Shown here: positions 1 through 10,799 of the stretch, piece after piece
How positions within the stretch are numbered: the stretch's first letter is position 1
Layout of the letters: every line of letters starts with the position of its first letter
Assembly: GCA_963809045.1 (NCBI GenBank)
Contig: CAWEHW010000004.1
Location: 2,221,904-2,285,903 of the forward strand
Origin: an uncultured Chloroflexia bacterium
GTDB taxonomy: Bacteria > Chloroflexota > Limnocylindria > Limnocylindrales > CSP1-4
Reading direction: 5' to 3'
Length of the DNA: 64,000 bases
Notes under the pieces: generated by a model
Told to the model about the DNA's origin: nothing
The model's input: the letters and a program-made list of their open reading frames with translations, nothing else
Databases searched by the model: none
Program-made: the position numbers and the translations under genes

Positions 1-17
1 CCTGCGTCAGCCTCGCG

Positions 18-632
18 TCACGGCCGAAGCCCAACGCTGGCCAGCTCGGCGCGGGCGAGGCGATCGTGCCGCCCAGACGCCCAATCACCCAGCGGATCGG
101 GCGAGAACTCCAGGAGCGTCGAGTAGTCCAGCCGCGTGACGGCCCGCATGGCGAGGGTGCGCTCGACGAAGTCCTGGCCACCCCGCGGCGCCGTCCGGAT
201 GGCTCGATGGGCAGCGCGGATCCGCCTGAGCCGCGCCCATCGCCAGGGCAGATAGCGGTTCAGCCAGGGTCCGAGCGTCACGAGCGCCAACAGCAGTGCG
301 AGGACCACGGCGACCACGAAGATGAACTGCTCGAGCTGCGTGCCGAAGTCCGACAGCGGTCTCCCCGCTCCGCCGATCGCATCTCGCGCGATGTCGCGAA
401 CCTGGGAGCCGACGAGCGGCAGGCCGGCGAGCGATTCACCCAGGTCACGACCACCCTGGGTCAGGCCGTCGCCGCCCGCGCGGACCATCCGGCCGGCCTC
501 GGCGAAGCCGGCCAGGAACTGGAAGAGCTGCCAGACGATGCTCCCCCAGAACACGACCCAGATCAGTGTCGCGACGTCGGCCAGCTGCTCCCTGGTCCGC
601 GCAAGCGGTAGCTCGCTCCAGATCTTGATCAT
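18..632 (-). CDS. hypothetical integral membrane protein
   Basis: ORF 18..713(-). Internal ATG at 632 is preceded by a GGAGAG-like RBS. Two hydrophobic segments (LIWVVFWGSIVWQLFQFLAGF; FIFVVAVVLALLLALVTLGPW). No family recognised. Confidence 0.5.
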   Translation of the reverse strand: MIKIWSELPLARTREQLADVATLIWVVFWGSIVWQLFQFLAGFAEAGRMVRAGGDGLTQGGRDLGESLAGLPLVGSQVRDIARDAIGGAGRPLSDFGTQLEQFIFVVAVVLALLLALVTLGPWLNRYLPWRWARLRRIRAAHRAIRTAPRGGQDFVERTLAMRAVTRLDYSTLLEFSPDPLGDWASGRHDRLARAELASVGLRP

Positions 633-768
633 CGTGGCCTCTCCGCCTTCTGGTCCTGCCTGCGAGAACCGCATTGGATGATCCTGTGCCTCCCGGCGAT
701 CCCTATCATCCATGGCTTGTAGCGGAACGAGGTCGCCTGTGAGCTCAACTGAAGGGTCAGGGTGGTCG

Positions 769-1503
769 ATGCCCTACCGTCACCCGTTCTACCCGCCGCT
801 GCCGGCGACGTACCGCGACGTCCGCTCGCAGCTGGTGCTGTTCGATGCGGACCCCGACGCCGTCGCACGCTTCCTGCCGGATCCGCTGGAGCCGAGCCCG
901 GATGGGTTGTGCGTCGCCGCGGGGATCAAGGTCCCGTTCTGCACCGCCTACGGACCGTTCAACGAGGCATTCCTGATGCTGAAGGCCCGCTTCAGGGGTG
1001 AGGACGGCTGGTACCTGCCGATCATCTGGCACGACGGACCGGCGGGGATCGCGGCGGGTCGCGAGATCTACGGGGCGCCCAAGGTCTACGCCTCCATCGA
1101 GATCGAATTCGACGGGTCGACCATGCGGACGGTGGCCTCGATGGGCGGCGTCGCGGTCATCGCCGTGACGTCGACCCAGGACGAGCCGATCGCGCCCGAC
1201 GACCTCCCGTCGCTGGCGCCCGATTGGCGCTTGAAGGTCATCCCGCGCGCGGATCGTCCCGGTCCGGCGATCAAGCAACTCATCGATGCGTCGGGCGCGA
1301 ACCACGACGTGACCGTGGCTGCGGCGTTCCGTGGTCGGGGTTCGGTCACGTTTGGGGCGTCGCCCGACTCGGACTTCACCGCGCTCGCTCCATCGGCGAG
1401 CGCAGAGGCATTCCTTGTCGAGTCCAGCTTCCGCGAGGGATACGGCCGTATCGTCTACGACTACCTTGCCGACGACGCGGATCCGCTCCTCAGCAGCCGA
1501 TGA
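769..1503 (+). CDS. acetoacetate decarboxylase (ADC) family protein
   Basis: ORF 712..1503(+). Start placed at the MPYRHPFYPP ATG (769). Overall pattern (YRDVRSQLVLFDADPDAVARFLP..., GREIYGAPK) resembles the ADC-family beta-cone proteins. Confidence 0.65.
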   Translation: MPYRHPFYPPLPATYRDVRSQLVLFDADPDAVARFLPDPLEPSPDGLCVAAGIKVPFCTAYGPFNEAFLMLKARFRGEDGWYLPIIWHDGPAGIAAGREIYGAPKVYASIEIEFDGSTMRTVASMGGVAVIAVTSTQDEPIAPDDLPSLAPDWRLKVIPRADRPGPAIKQLIDASGANHDVTVAAAFRGRGSVTFGASPDSDFTALAPSASAEAFLVESSFREGYGRIVYDYLADDADPLLSSR

Positions 1504-1867
1504 CGTCGCACACGATCCCAAGGTCCAGGGACAACCCGCTCAGCAACTGTTGAAGCGCCTGGACCTCGGACAGGATCGAGCCGATCTGGGAGCGATTCTC
1601 GGTCTCGGTCGGGAGCTCGGCGATGCTCGCGTCGAGGCGATCGAAACGGGCTGACATCGCCTCGAGCCTGATCTCGAGTGACTCGAGACGTGCGTCAACG
1701 GCTCGAACATCGTCGAGCACGGCTTCGGTCGAGGATCCACCGTCGACCGACGCGGCCAGGTCGTCGACCTCACTCCGAAGGCCCGAGATCTGGGCGAAGA
1801 GCACCAAGGCGACAACCACGATGGCGACGAGCGTCACCGACCCCAGCGCGATCGCCGGATTGCGCAC
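1490..1867 (-). CDS. membrane-anchored coiled-coil protein, hypothetical
   Basis: N-terminal TM helix (AIALGSVTLVAIVVVALVLFAQI) followed by heptad-like Leu/Glu/Asp-rich sequence. Its 3' end overlaps the convergent ADC gene by 14 nt. Confidence 0.45.
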   Translation of the reverse strand: MRNPAIALGSVTLVAIVVVALVLFAQISGLRSEVDDLAASVDGGSSTEAVLDDVRAVDARLESLEIRLEAMSARFDRLDASIAELPTETENRSQIGSILSEVQALQQLLSGLSLDLGIVCDVIGC

Positions 1868-1868
1868 G

Positions 1869-2072
1869 TCAGTCGTCTAGGACGAAGGTGACCATCAGGT
1901 TGACCTGGTACTGCACGATCGAATCGCCGTCGATATCGACGCGCTGCTCCTTGATCCACGCGCCCTTGACGTTGCGGAGCGTCTTCGTGGCCCGGGAAAC
2001 GCCCTGCTGGATGGCGTCCTCGAAGCTCTTTGTCGATGTCGAGCTGATCTCGGTGACTCGTGCGACAGCCAT
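1869..2072 (-). CDS. dodecin family flavin-binding protein
   Basis: 67 aa counted from the ATG at 2072, which has an AAGGAG RBS 8 nt upstream. VARVTEISSTSTKSFEDAIQQGVSRATKTLRNVKGAWIKEQ...VQYQVNLMVTF matches the dodecin pattern. Confidence 0.8.
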   Translation of the reverse strand: MAVARVTEISSTSTKSFEDAIQQGVSRATKTLRNVKGAWIKEQRVDIDGDSIVQYQVNLMVTFVLDD

Positions 2073-2215
2073 GGCGTGCACTCCTTTCGTGTGATGTCCG
2101 TACGGACTCCAGGAAGACCGTAGCAGGGGGATCGTTACGGCGGGGAAGCATCCGAGCGGCTTCCGTATACGCCTGCGCGACGACCTGCAAGGTCGGGGCC
2201 ACTACCCTGTGCACG

Positions 2216-3073
2216 ATGCCACGACTCCAGGCGCGAGCCTTCGCCACCGAAGCCGACGTTCGGTCGTACCCGCACGGGAAAGCAGAGATCGTCCGCCTCG
2301 ACGAGACGACGGTGGCTCGCGGCACCTACGAGCCGGGCTGGCGCTGGTCGACCGACATGCCGTCGCTGGCCGGATCCCCCACGTGCCAGCTCCATCACCT
2401 CGGCTATGCCGTCGCGGGCACGGTCCACTTCCTGATGAGCGACGGCCAGACCCTGGACGTCCGGGCAGGATCGGTCTACGAGGTCCCGCCTGGGCATGAC
2501 GCGTGGGTCGTCGGCGACGAGCCGTTCGTGACCATCGACTGGACCAGCGGTCACACCTGGCTGGCGCACGAAGTCGGCGGCGAAGGAACGATCGTCACCA
2601 TCGTCTTCACGGACATCGTCGATTCGACGGCGGTCCTGCTCGGGATGGGTGACCGCGCCTGGCGCGAGCTCCTCCTCGCCCATCACGCCCGCCTCCGGGA
2701 ACACCTGAACGAATACCGGGGTCGCCAGGTGAAGACGACCGGCGACGGGGTGCTGGCCGTCTTCGACAATCCGTCGCGAGCGGTCCGGTGCGCCGATGCG
2801 ATGACGCGTTCGGCGCGCACGATGGGCCTGTCGATCCGGGTCGGCGTCCATACCGGCGAGGTCGAATTCATCGGCGAAGACGCCCGTGGGCTGGCCGTTC
2901 ACACCGCCGCGCGCGTGATGGCGCTTGGTGCCCCGGACGAGGTGATTGTCTCGTCGACTACGCATGACCTGCTCGAAGGCTCAGGCATCGCGTTCGAGGA
3001 GGCCGGCACGCACGAACTGAAGGGATTGCCGGGGGCCAGGAGCGTCTTTCGGCTGGCTCAGCCGCCCGGTTGA
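2216..3073 (+). CDS. cupin-domain / class III adenylate-guanylate cyclase fusion protein
   Basis: N-terminal cupin-like barrel (GTVHFLMSDGQTLDVRAGSVYEVPPGHDAWV). Followed by a cyclase core (IVFTDIVDST...GRQVKTTGDGVLAVF...IRVGVHTGEV...GLAVHTAARV). Confidence 0.8.
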   Translation: MPRLQARAFATEADVRSYPHGKAEIVRLDETTVARGTYEPGWRWSTDMPSLAGSPTCQLHHLGYAVAGTVHFLMSDGQTLDVRAGSVYEVPPGHDAWVVGDEPFVTIDWTSGHTWLAHEVGGEGTIVTIVFTDIVDSTAVLLGMGDRAWRELLLAHHARLREHLNEYRGRQVKTTGDGVLAVFDNPSRAVRCADAMTRSARTMGLSIRVGVHTGEVEFIGEDARGLAVHTAARVMALGAPDEVIVSSTTHDLLEGSGIAFEEAGTHELKGLPGARSVFRLAQPPG

Positions 3074-3190
3074 CCCGGACAAGTCGCTACGGCTTGCGCC
3101 AGGGTCCAGAATGCCCGCAACACCGGCCTGGCAGGCGCCGTATCCAGGTGCGAGGGATGGCTGGTGTCAGGGCGGAGGGATCAGATCCGC

Positions 3191-6100
3191 ATGACCGCTC
3201 GGCAGGCACGGGCCGCTCGCAGCGATCCGACGCCGGAGGCAAACGTGCGCGTGCTCCAGGACCGGATCGACGAGCTCGAGGCCGAGACCAAGGAGCGCGC
3301 GGCCGAGCTCGCGATCATCAACAGCGTTCAGCAGGGACTCGCCTCGAGGCTCGAGACCCAGGCGATGTACGACCTCGTCGGCGACAAGATCCGCGAGATC
3401 TTCGACGCCCAGGTCGTTGATATCGGCATCCTGGACCCAGCCGATGGCCTGATCCATTTTCCGTACACGATCGAACGTGGCGTGCGCTATCCGGACGAAC
3501 CGCTCGAGATCATCGGCTTCCGGAAGCACGTCCTCGAGACCGGCCAACCGCTGCTGATCGCCGGAAACACCAAGGAGGCCGCAGCGGCATACGGAAACCC
3601 GATCGTGCTCACGGGCGAGATGCCGCTCGCCAGCCTGTTCGTTCCCTTGATGACCGGCGAGGTTGGAAGCGGCGTCATTTCGCTCCAGAACATCGACCGG
3701 GCGGATGCCTTCAGCGACGACGACGTCCACCTCCTTTCGACGCTTGCCTCCAGCCTGAGCGTCGCCCTCGAGAACGTCCGCCTGTTCGAGGAGACGAAGC
3801 GGCTGCTCACGGAGACCGAGCAGCGGAGCGCCGAGCTGGCGGTCATCAACGAGATCGGCACGGCCCTCGCCCAGCAGCTCGACTTCCAGGCAATCCTTGC
3901 GCTGGTTGGCGATCGGGCCGCGGAAGCGCTGGGCGCCCGCGGGCTATCGATCTGCCTCATGGATCCCAGGACCTCGGATCTGACGTTCATGTACTGGGTG
4001 GACGAGGGTGTCCGGAACCGCGAAAAGGAAGGTTTCGTCCTCCGCGATCCCCTGTCGGCGGAGATCCTCAGCTCTGGTCTCCCGGTGCGGATCGGGTCGG
4101 CCGAGGAGGCCGCCGCTCGGGGAACCCCCTTTGCGATCGGCGGCACCGCGTCCTACCTAGGCGTGCCCATTCCCGCCGGCGATCGGGCCATCGGCGTCTT
4201 CGCCCTCGGGACGCGCGATCAGGACGCCTACACCGAAGCCGACGAGCGACTGCTGATGACCCTCGCCGCGAGCACCGGTGTCGCGCTCGAGAACGCGAGG
4301 CTGTTCGACGAGACGAAGCGACTGCTCGCAGAGACCAACGAGCGCGCCGCCGAGCTCGCGATCATCAACAGCATCCAGCAGGGCCTCGCGTCAGAGCTCG
4401 ACATGCAGGCGATGTACGACTTGGTCGGCGACAAGATCGCGGAGATCTTCGATGCGCAGGTGGTCGACATCGCGCTCTACGACCTCGCGGCGGGCACCGC
4501 CCGATATCCGTACACCCTCGAACGCGGGATCCGCCATCCAGACGTGCCGGGCCCCATCGGCGCGATGGGACGGGCCGTCCTGGAGGCACGCCAGTCATTC
4601 CTGATCACGGACTTCGATGCCTGGACCCGCGACCACGGTGTGGAGCTCGTCGCCGACGTCGGAGAGAAGCCGCGATCTGGCCTGTTTGCTCCGCTCAGTG
4701 TGGCCGGAGAGGTCCGGGGTCACATTTCGCTCCAGAACGTCGACCATACGGACGCCTTCAACGAGTCGGACCTGCGCCTCCTGACGACACTGGCATCGAG
4801 CCTGAGTGTCGCGCTCGAGAACGCCCGCCTGGTGGACGAAACGCGGCAGCGAGCCGCCGAGCTGGCGATCGTCAACGACGTCGGGCAGGCGGTCGCGTCG
4901 CAGCTGGACCTCGATCGCCTGATCCAGCTGACGGGCGAGCAGCTGCGAACCACGTTCCGTGCCGACATCGTCTACGTCGCGTTGCTCAACCAGACGATCG
5001 GGATGATCGACTTCCCGTACCGGATCGAACGCGGCAAGCCGGCGCCGCGGGCGCCGCTGCCACTCGGCGAAGGTCTGACCTCGCAGATCCTGCTGTCGCG
5101 GGAGCCGTTGCTCCTCAACCGCGCGGACCAGTTCGAGGTCCTGGAGAAACAGGGCGTTGGCACGACGGTCCGCTCGTATCTTGGCGTGCCGATTGTCATC
5201 GGGGACGAGGCGATCGGCGTGGTCAGCGTCCAGAGCATCGACGAGGCCGGGCGGTTCGGCGACGCGGAGACCCGGCTCCTGCTCACGATCGCAGCGAACG
5301 TAGCCGCCGCAATCCGCAACGCGCAGCTCTACCGCGAGGCGCAGGGCCGGGCGCGCGAGATGGCCGCCCTTGCCGAGATGGGTCGTGAGATCTCCGCAAC
5401 GCTGGATCTCGAGGGACTGCTCCAACGGATAGCGGAACGCGCCCAGACCCTGCTCGAAGCCGGCACCAGCGCGGTCTTCCTGCCGGACCCCGACGGCACG
5501 TTCCGCGCCATCGCGGCGATCGGAGAGATCGCCGACATCATCAAATCCGATCGGATCGCTCTCGGCGAGGGAATCATCGGCACGCTCGCCGTCGAGGGTC
5601 GCGCCGAGGTCGTCAACGACGCGACGCACGACCCACGGAGCGTATCGATCGCCGGGTCCGATGACGACGACACCGAGGAACGGCTGATGGTCGCGCCGTT
5701 GGTCGGACGCCAGGGGGTCATCGGGATGATGGCGGTGTGGCGCTCGGCCACCCGCCCGCCGTTCACGCCCGGCGAGCTCGACTTCCTCGTCGGCTTGTCC
5801 CAGCAGGCCGCGATCGCCATCGACAACGCTCGCCTCTTCGCGGAAGCGAACGAGTCGCGCCTGGCGGCCGACGCGGCGAACCAGGCGAAAAGCGCATTCC
5901 TCGCGGCGATGAGCCACGAGATCAGGACCCCGATGAACGCGATCATCGGGATGAGCGGCCTGTTGATCGACACGCCAATGAACGAGGAGCAGCGCGACTA
6001 CGCGGAGACGATCCGGACGTCCGGCGACGCACTCCTGACGATCATCAACGACATCCTCGATTTCTCGAAGATCGAAGCCGGACGGGTGGACCTGCTGAAC

Positions 6101-7504
6101 GAACCCTTCGAGCTCGCGGCTTGTGTCGAGAGCGCCCTCGACCTGATGGCGCCGTCGGTCGCCAAGAGACGTCTCGAGCTCGCCTACTCGGTCGACAGCG
6201 AGCTGCCGGATGGGATCGTGGGCGACATCGGGCGCCTGCGCCAGATCCTGCTGAACCTCCTCTCGAACGCCGTCAAGTTCACCGAGCGCGGCGAGATCGT
6301 GGTGACCGTCGCGGCGCGTCGGCTGACGGAGCCGAAGCGTGGCCCGAGCCGATGGGCGATCTCGGTCACCGTGCGCGACACCGGCATCGGCATCCCACCC
6401 GACCGGATGGACCGGCTCTTCCAGTCCTTCAGCCAGGCCGACGCCTCGATTTCGCGGCGGTTTGGCGGCACCGGCCTGGGCCTGGCGATCAGCCGTCGCC
6501 TCGCGGAGGCGATGGACGGCGCGCTCACCGCCGAGAGCGGTGGCGTCCCGGGCGAGGGTGCAACATTCCACCTCGTCATCGAGGCCGACGAAGCCCCTGC
6601 CGCGACGCTGCCGTCCCGAATGCGTGCTCCGGCACTGGCCCAGGACCTGATGGCCGGACGATTGGCGCTCGTCGTGGACGACAACGCCACGAACCGACGA
6701 ATCCTGGCCGCCCAACTCGAGCGTTGGGGCTTACGGGTGCGAGCCACGGCATCGGCCACGGAAGCGTTGGGCTGGACTCAGGCTGATGAGCCGTTCGATC
6801 TTGCCTTGCTGGACATGGTCATGCCCGACATGGATGGCCTCGCGCTCGCGAACGCCATCCGTGCCGTCCGCCCGACCCGAGCGCCGCGGATCGTGCTCAT
6901 TTCGTCCTTCGGCTTCCACGACCAGAAGCAGCCCGGTATCGATGCGTTCCTCACCAAGCCGGTCAAGCCGTCGGCGCTGTACGACACCCTCGCGACTGTC
7001 CTGGCCGGCGATGGAGCGACGGCAAGCCGCCGGGAGCGGGCGCCGAGCGGCGACGAGATTGATCCTGACCTCGGCGCTCGCTACCCGCTGCGGATCCTGC
7101 TCGCCGAGGACAACCCGGTGAACCAGAAGCTCGCGCTGCGACTCCTGACGCGCATGGGCTACGCGGCCGATGTAGCCAACAACGGTCTCGAGGCCATCGC
7201 CGCCGCCGAATCGGGAACGTACGACCTGGTCCTGATGGACGTCCAGATGCCGGAGATGGACGGCCTCGAAGCCACCCGACAGATTCGCAGCCACCGGAAG
7301 GCGCGCCCAGTCCGAATCGTCGCCATGACGGCCAACGCGCTGGCAGAGGATCGGGAGGCCTGCTTCGCGGCCGGCATGGACGATTACCTCAGCAAGCCAA
7401 TTCGGGTGAACGAGCTGATGGCCGCGCTCGTTCGATCGGCGGAGAGCCTGGCGAATGGCGTCGCACCGACATCGCGTCGAAAGCGATTGAACGCCCATGC
7501 CTGA
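3191..7504 (+). CDS. multi-GAF hybrid sensor histidine kinase with two receiver domains
   Basis: ATG 3191 lies behind a GGAGGG RBS (the track ORF opens at GTG 3164). Five GAF-like modules, each introduced by a ...AELA(I/V)(I/V)N... linker. H-box [15 protein letters not shown] boxes [28 protein letters not shown]. Two REC domains ([22 protein letters not shown]; [22 protein letters not shown]). Confidence 0.9.
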   Translation: MTARQARAARSDPTPEANVRVLQDRIDELEAETKERAAELAIINSVQQGLASRLETQAMYDLVGDKIREIFDAQVVDIGILDPADGLIHFPYTIERGVRYPDEPLEIIGFRKHVLETGQPLLIAGNTKEAAAAYGNPIVLTGEMPLASLFVPLMTGEVGSGVISLQNIDRADAFSDDDVHLLSTLASSLSVALENVRLFEETKRLLTETEQRSAELAVINEIGTALAQQLDFQAILALVGDRAAEALGARGLSICLMDPRTSDLTFMYWVDEGVRNREKEGFVLRDPLSAEILSSGLPVRIGSAEEAAARGTPFAIGGTASYLGVPIPAGDRAIGVFALGTRDQDAYTEADERLLMTLAASTGVALENARLFDETKRLLAETNERAAELAIINSIQQGLASELDMQAMYDLVGDKIAEIFDAQVVDIALYDLAAGTARYPYTLERGIRHPDVPGPIGAMGRAVLEARQSFLITDFDAWTRDHGVELVADVGEKPRSGLFAPLSVAGEVRGHISLQNVDHTDAFNESDLRLLTTLASSLSVALENARLVDETRQRAAELAIVNDVGQAVASQLDLDRLIQLTGEQLRTTFRADIVYVALLNQTIGMIDFPYRIERGKPAPRAPLPLGEGLTSQILLSREPLLLNRADQFEVLEKQGVGTTVRSYLGVPIVIGDEAIGVVSVQSIDEAGRFGDAETRLLLTIAANVAAAIRNAQLYREAQGRAREMAALAEMGREISATLDLEGLLQRIAERAQTLLEAGTSAVFLPDPDGTFRAIAAIGEIADIIKSDRIALGEGIIGTLAVEGRAEVVNDATHDPRSVSIAGSDDDDTEERLMVAPLVGRQGVIGMMAVWRSATRPPFTPGELDFLVGLSQQAAIAIDNARLFAEANESRLAADAANQAKSAFLAAMSHEIRTPMNAIIGMSGLLIDTPMNEEQRDYAETIRTSGDALLTIINDILDFSKIEAGRVDLLNEPFELAACVESALDLMAPSVAKRRLELAYSVDSELPDGIVGDIGRLRQILLNLLSNAVKFTERGEIVVTVAARRLTEPKRGPSRWAISVTVRDTGIGIPPDRMDRLFQSFSQADASISRRFGGTGLGLAISRRLAEAMDGALTAESGGVPGEGATFHLVIEADEAPAATLPSRMRAPALAQDLMAGRLALVVDDNATNRRILAAQLERWGLRVRATASATEALGWTQADEPFDLALLDMVMPDMDGLALANAIRAVRPTRAPRIVLISSFGFHDQKQPGIDAFLTKPVKPSALYDTLATVLAGDGATASRRERAPSGDEIDPDLGARYPLRILLAEDNPVNQKLALRLLTRMGYAADVANNGLEAIAAAESGTYDLVLMDVQMPEMDGLEATRQIRSHRKARPVRIVAMTANALAEDREACFAAGMDDYLSKPIRVNELMAALVRSAESLANGVAPTSRRKRLNAHA

Positions 7505-7868
7505 TGCCGCCGACGGCGTCCTCGACGGGCCGACCCTCGAGGCGCTCTTCGAAAGCGTCGGCGACGATTCCGAGTTCCTCGCCGAGCTGATTGACACGTA
7601 CGTCGCGGATGCGCCTGCGCAGGTCGCTTCGTTGCGCGCAGCGCTCGAGGCCGGGGACGTCGAAGCCCTCGTTCGACCAGCGCACACCCTCAAGTCGTCG
7701 AGTGCCAGTCTCGGCGCCCTGGGCCTTGCCGAGCAATGCCGGCAACTGGAGCACGCCGCGCGCGATGGATCGCTGGGTGGCGCAGCGGACGCGGTCGAGG
7801 CGATCGCCGCGGAGGTCGACCGCGTCGCCACGGCCCTGGAAGAGACGAAGCGGTCATTCGCGGCATGA
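7497..7868 (+). CDS. Hpt (histidine phosphotransfer) domain protein
   Basis: 123 aa with the [12 protein letters not shown] phospho-His motif. Its start overlaps the kinase stop by 8 nt (translational coupling). Confidence 0.85.
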   Translation: MPDAADGVLDGPTLEALFESVGDDSEFLAELIDTYVADAPAQVASLRAALEAGDVEALVRPAHTLKSSSASLGALGLAEQCRQLEHAARDGSLGGAADAVEAIAAEVDRVATALEETKRSFAA

Positions 7869-8998
7869 CCGGCGGCCGGGTCCTGGTCGTGGAGGACGCG
7901 ATCGTCAACCGCAAGCTCATCGAGCGGCTCCTTCGCGAACAGGGTCACACCGTCATCGCAGCCGGCGATGGGTTCGAAGCGCTCGAGGCACTGAGCGGCG
8001 ATGGCGAGCCGCCGTTCGACGTGGTGCTCCTCGACCTGGTGATGCCCGGCCTCGATGGCTACACGACCCTGGAGCGGATGAAAGCCGACCCTCGGCTGGC
8101 GCATCTCCCGGTCATCGTCATCAGCGCCGTCGAGGAGCTTGATTCGGTCGTCCGATGCATCGAGCTCGGCGCCCTCGACTACCTGCCCAAGCCGGTGGAT
8201 CCGGCGATCCTGCGGGCTCGGCTGAACGCGGCGCTGTCCGCCAAGCGCCTGCACGACCTGGAAGTCGAAACGGCAGCGAGGCAGGCCGAGCTCCTGCGCA
8301 CGATCGAACGCCAGAAGGACGAGTTGAGCCGCTTCCTGTCGCCACAGGTCGCGGCTCTCGTATCCAGCCCGGAGGGGGCGCAGCTCCTCGCCGGTCATCG
8401 GCGGGAGGCAACCACGCTGTTCCTCGACCTCCGGGGGTTCACCTCATTCAGCGAGGCGGCCGATCCCGAGGAGGTGCTGGGCGTCCTGCGCGAGTACCAC
8501 GCAGCGATGGGTCGGCTCATCGTCGAACACGGCGGGACGCTGGAGCACTTCGCCGGCGACGGGATGATGGTCTTCTTCAACGACCCCGTCCTACAGGAGG
8601 ATCACGAACTGCGGGCCGTCCGCATGGCCGTCGCGATGCGCGAGCGCTTCGCGGAGCTCGCGAGCGCATGGGAGTCGCGCGGCCACAAGCTTGGCTTCGG
8701 CGTTGGGATCGCGACCGGCTTCGCGACGCTCGGGCGCATCGGGTTCGAGGGTCGCTACGACTACGGCATGGTCGGGATGGCCGTGATCGTCGCCTCGCGT
8801 CTGAGTTCAGCCGCGGAAGCCGGGCAGATCCTGCTCGCGCCGCGATCGCATGCAGCCGTCGAGAACCTCGTCACGGTCGAGCCAATCGGGGAGATCCAGC
8901 TCAAGGGCATGAGCCACCCGATCGCGGCGGTCAATGTGCTTGGGCTGCGAGGGGCCGGGGACGCCGACGTGAGGAGGGCGACAGAGGCAAGGGCGTAG
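7865..8998 (+). CDS. response-regulator receiver / class III nucleotide cyclase fusion
   Basis: ATG 7865 overlaps the Hpt stop (ATGA). REC motifs VLVVEDAIVNRKL, LLDLVMPGLDG, LPKP. Coiled linker, then cyclase core FLDLRGFT...HFAGDGMMVFF...FGVGIATG...VIVASRL. Confidence 0.85.
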   Translation: MTGGRVLVVEDAIVNRKLIERLLREQGHTVIAAGDGFEALEALSGDGEPPFDVVLLDLVMPGLDGYTTLERMKADPRLAHLPVIVISAVEELDSVVRCIELGALDYLPKPVDPAILRARLNAALSAKRLHDLEVETAARQAELLRTIERQKDELSRFLSPQVAALVSSPEGAQLLAGHRREATTLFLDLRGFTSFSEAADPEEVLGVLREYHAAMGRLIVEHGGTLEHFAGDGMMVFFNDPVLQEDHELRAVRMAVAMRERFAELASAWESRGHKLGFGVGIATGFATLGRIGFEGRYDYGMVGMAVIVASRLSSAAEAGQILLAPRSHAAVENLVTVEPIGEIQLKGMSHPIAAVNVLGLRGAGDADVRRATEARA

Positions 8999-9064
8999 CC
9001 TCGGTGGGCGACTCGTTTCCGCCGCGTTGCACGATCCACGAGCCCGGGCCGCTACCCTTGAGGC

Positions 9065-10741
9065 ATGCCCGCTGAATTCATCTACACGACCTACCGTCTG
9101 GCGCGGCACTACCCGCCCGACCGAACCGTCCTCGAGAACATCTCGCTGTCGTTCTATCCGGGCGCCAAGATCGGCGTCATCGGGCCGAATGGCGCCGGCA
9201 AGTCGAGCCTGCTGCGGATCATGGCCGGGCTCGACGACGGGTTCAACGGCGAGGCGCGGCTCACCCCGGGCTTCACGGTCGGCTTCCTGAGCCAGGAGCC
9301 GGAGCTCGATCCCACCAAGGACGTCAAGGGCAACGTGCTCGACGGCGTCCGCGAGGTCCAGACGCTCATGGACCAGTACACCGCCGTCATGGCCAAGTGG
9401 GCCGAGCCCGACGCCGACTACGACGCGATCGGCAAGGAGCAGGCCGCGCTCGAGGACAAGATCAACGCGGCCGACGCCTGGAACCTCGAACGCAACGTCG
9501 ACATCGCGATGGACGCGCTGCGTTGCCCGCCCGACGACGCCGACGTCACGAAGATCTCCGGCGGCGAGAAGCGACGCGTGGCGCTCGCCCGGTTGCTCCT
9601 CCGCCACCCCGACCTGCTGCTGCTGGACGAGCCGACCAACCACCTCGATGCCGAGTCCGTCTTCTGGCTCGAGCGGTTCCTGCAGGAGTATTCGGGTACC
9701 GTCGTCGCGATCACCCACGACCGGTACTTCCTCGACAACGTGGCGCAGTGGATCCTCGAGCTCGACCGCGGGCGTGGGATCCCGTTCGAGGGCAACTACT
9801 CGAGCTGGCTGGAGCAGAAGCTCGAGCGGATGGGTCGCGAGCAGAAGACCGAGGACGCCCGGCAGCGAACCCTCGCCCGCGAGCTCGAATGGGTCCGCCT
9901 CTCCCCACGCGCCCGCCAGGCCAAGGGCAAGGCACGTCTCGGTGCCTACGAAAAGCTGCTGGCCGAGGCGACCGCGACCAAGGACTCGACGCGCGAGCTC
10001 GAGATCGCGATCCCGCCCGGTCCACGCCTCGGCGACTCGGTCATCGAGGTCAAGAACCTGTCGAAGGCATTCGGCGACAAGGTCCTGATCGATGGCCTGT
10101 CGTTCTCGCTGCCGAAGGCCGGCATCGTCGGCATCATCGGACCGAACGGTGCCGGCAAGACGACCCTGTTCCGGATGATCGTCGGGGACGAGCCCGTCGA
10201 CCGCGGGACGATCGAGATCGGCGACACCGTCCAGCTGAGCTACGTCGACCAGAGCCGCGACGACCTGTCGCCCGAGAAGTCCGTGTTCGACGAGATCAGT
10301 GGCGGTGACGAGTTCATCAAGGTCGGCAACCGCGAGCTCCCCGCGCGCGCCTACGTGAGCAGCTTCAACTTCCGGGGCACGGACCAGCAGAAGCCGGTCG
10401 GCAAGCTGTCAGGCGGCGAGCGCAACCGGGTCCACCTGGCCAAGCTGCTCCGCTCGGGCGGCAACGTGCTGCTACTTGACGAACCGACCAACGACCTCGA
10501 CGTCGACACGCTCCGGGCGCTCGAAGCGGGACTCGAGTCATTCCCAGGCTGCGCGGTGGTGATCAGCCACGATCGCTGGTTCCTCGACCGGATCGCCACC
10601 CACGTCCTGGCGTTCGAAGGCGACAGCGTCGTCCGCTGGTTCGAGGGCAACTTCACCGAATACGAGGAGTTCCGGCACCGGGAGTTGGGCGTCGCCGCCG
10701 ACCAGCCGCATCGGATCCGGTACAAGAAGCTCGCGAGCTAG
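9065..10741 (+). CDS. ettA: energy-dependent translational throttle protein EttA (ABC-F ATPase)
   Basis: Two ABC cassettes (GPNGAGKS twice; signatures ISGGEKRR and LSGGERNR; Walker B LLLDEPTN twice). EttA-like N-terminus MPAEFIYTTYRLARHYPP. 558 aa. Confidence 0.9.
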   Translation: MPAEFIYTTYRLARHYPPDRTVLENISLSFYPGAKIGVIGPNGAGKSSLLRIMAGLDDGFNGEARLTPGFTVGFLSQEPELDPTKDVKGNVLDGVREVQTLMDQYTAVMAKWAEPDADYDAIGKEQAALEDKINAADAWNLERNVDIAMDALRCPPDDADVTKISGGEKRRVALARLLLRHPDLLLLDEPTNHLDAESVFWLERFLQEYSGTVVAITHDRYFLDNVAQWILELDRGRGIPFEGNYSSWLEQKLERMGREQKTEDARQRTLARELEWVRLSPRARQAKGKARLGAYEKLLAEATATKDSTRELEIAIPPGPRLGDSVIEVKNLSKAFGDKVLIDGLSFSLPKAGIVGIIGPNGAGKTTLFRMIVGDEPVDRGTIEIGDTVQLSYVDQSRDDLSPEKSVFDEISGGDEFIKVGNRELPARAYVSSFNFRGTDQQKPVGKLSGGERNRVHLAKLLRSGGNVLLLDEPTNDLDVDTLRALEAGLESFPGCAVVISHDRWFLDRIATHVLAFEGDSVVRWFEGNFTEYEEFRHRELGVAADQPHRIRYKKLAS

Positions 10742-10799
10742 GTTCGCAGGAGCGGTATCGACGGAATCCGTCCTCGGGCTGCCGGCCGAGGGGCCCCGG

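Noticed and set aside
4595-6715. 706-aa ORF on the minus strand inside the hybrid kinase gene. Similar long antisense or off-frame ORFs occur at 18960..21608(+), 40733..42508(-), 52415..54814(-), 60173..61813(+) and 30906..32183(-).
   Set aside because: Their translations are Arg/Gly/Pro/Asp-rich with no motifs. They lie opposite to, or out of frame with, genes that have clear family signatures. These are typical shadow ORFs of a stop-poor, high-GC sequence.
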